Of a stretch of 18,434 nt of DNA, positions 17,871-18,434 are shown piece after piece. The stretch covers positions 1 through 18,434 of the forward strand of contig NW_021824527.1 in assembly GCF_006345805.1 (NCBI RefSeq). Direction: 5' to 3'. Source of the DNA: Octopus sinensis. Taxonomy: Eukaryota. A model generated the notes under the pieces. The model did no database searches. It saw only the letters and a program-made list of their open reading frames with translations, and had not been told where the DNA came from. The translations under genes were made by a program, and so were the position numbers. Each line of letters opens with the position of its first letter. Position 1 is the stretch's first letter.

Positions 17871-18434
17871 GAACCAATGATAAATCCTCTATGTGGCCAT
17901 TTGGATTGCTAGAAATAGTACCTAGATGAGAGAAAGAGACAGAGAGAGACAGAGAGAGACAGAGGGAGACATGATGTAAGATGGCAAGATGGCAGTGTAT
18001 GATGATGGCAAAAGAGATAAAATAAATACTCGTTAGAAGGTATATAAAGTGTGAAATGTGAGTAGAGTAGAGAAATAAAAATGTAAATGTACTGAAGGAA
18101 AGAGCTAGCTTTGGGATTAGTCTAATAGAGGAAGGACTCAATATCTCACCTGCATATCGATTGCAGGATTGATCCAAACTTAACCTGGATCCTCTCTGGA
18201 TTTCGTTTATCCTGTTGTTAGTAGATAATAGAGGTAGGAGTTTGATGATCATAAATCAAGACAAGTCAGAAGTGACTTGGGTGAACAGCAGAGATAAGGA
18301 GGTCAGAATGTATGGAGAGAATAAAAACCACAAAAAAAAAACGAGAAGGATGTATAGATAGGGATATATATATGTGTGTGTGTGTGTGTATGTGAATATA
18401 TATATATGTGTGTGTATATATATATATATATGTG

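Noticed and set aside
18150-18211. Possible 62-nt minus-strand exon (aacag|...CAG|gtgaga)
   Set aside because: The donor is good but the acceptor is weak, and no frame resembles an SDR. It cannot be supported without transcripts.

Overview
This is repeat-saturated eukaryotic genomic DNA. The SINE/LINE repertoire looks like an octopus (coleoid cephalopod) genome; that attribution comes from my recognition of the repeats, not from a search. The only host coding sequence I can support is one internal 245-bp minus-strand exon (10575-10819) of an SDR16C-family short-chain dehydrogenase (RDH10/SDR16C5/DHRS3-like), so much of the window is probably intron. The rest is a layered mobile-element record. 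It holds four Tc1/mariner relics: a rearranged DD41D rosa/Visitor type, an internally deleted mariner, a DD36E Tc1-like element and a full-length mellifera-type DD34D mariner. It also holds an RTE-type LINE 3' end plus about nine related 3'-tail copies, an R4/Dong-like fragment inside (TAA)n, and three tRNA-derived SINE families, one forming a 2.8-kb head-to-tail array. There are two TTAA-flanked MITEs, three copies of an asymmetric foldback element whose arms are homogenised within each copy, and a minimal hammerhead-ribozyme-like motif. Most ORFs in the supplied track are microsatellite or repeat artefacts. No CRISPR array, rRNA or true tRNA gene was found.
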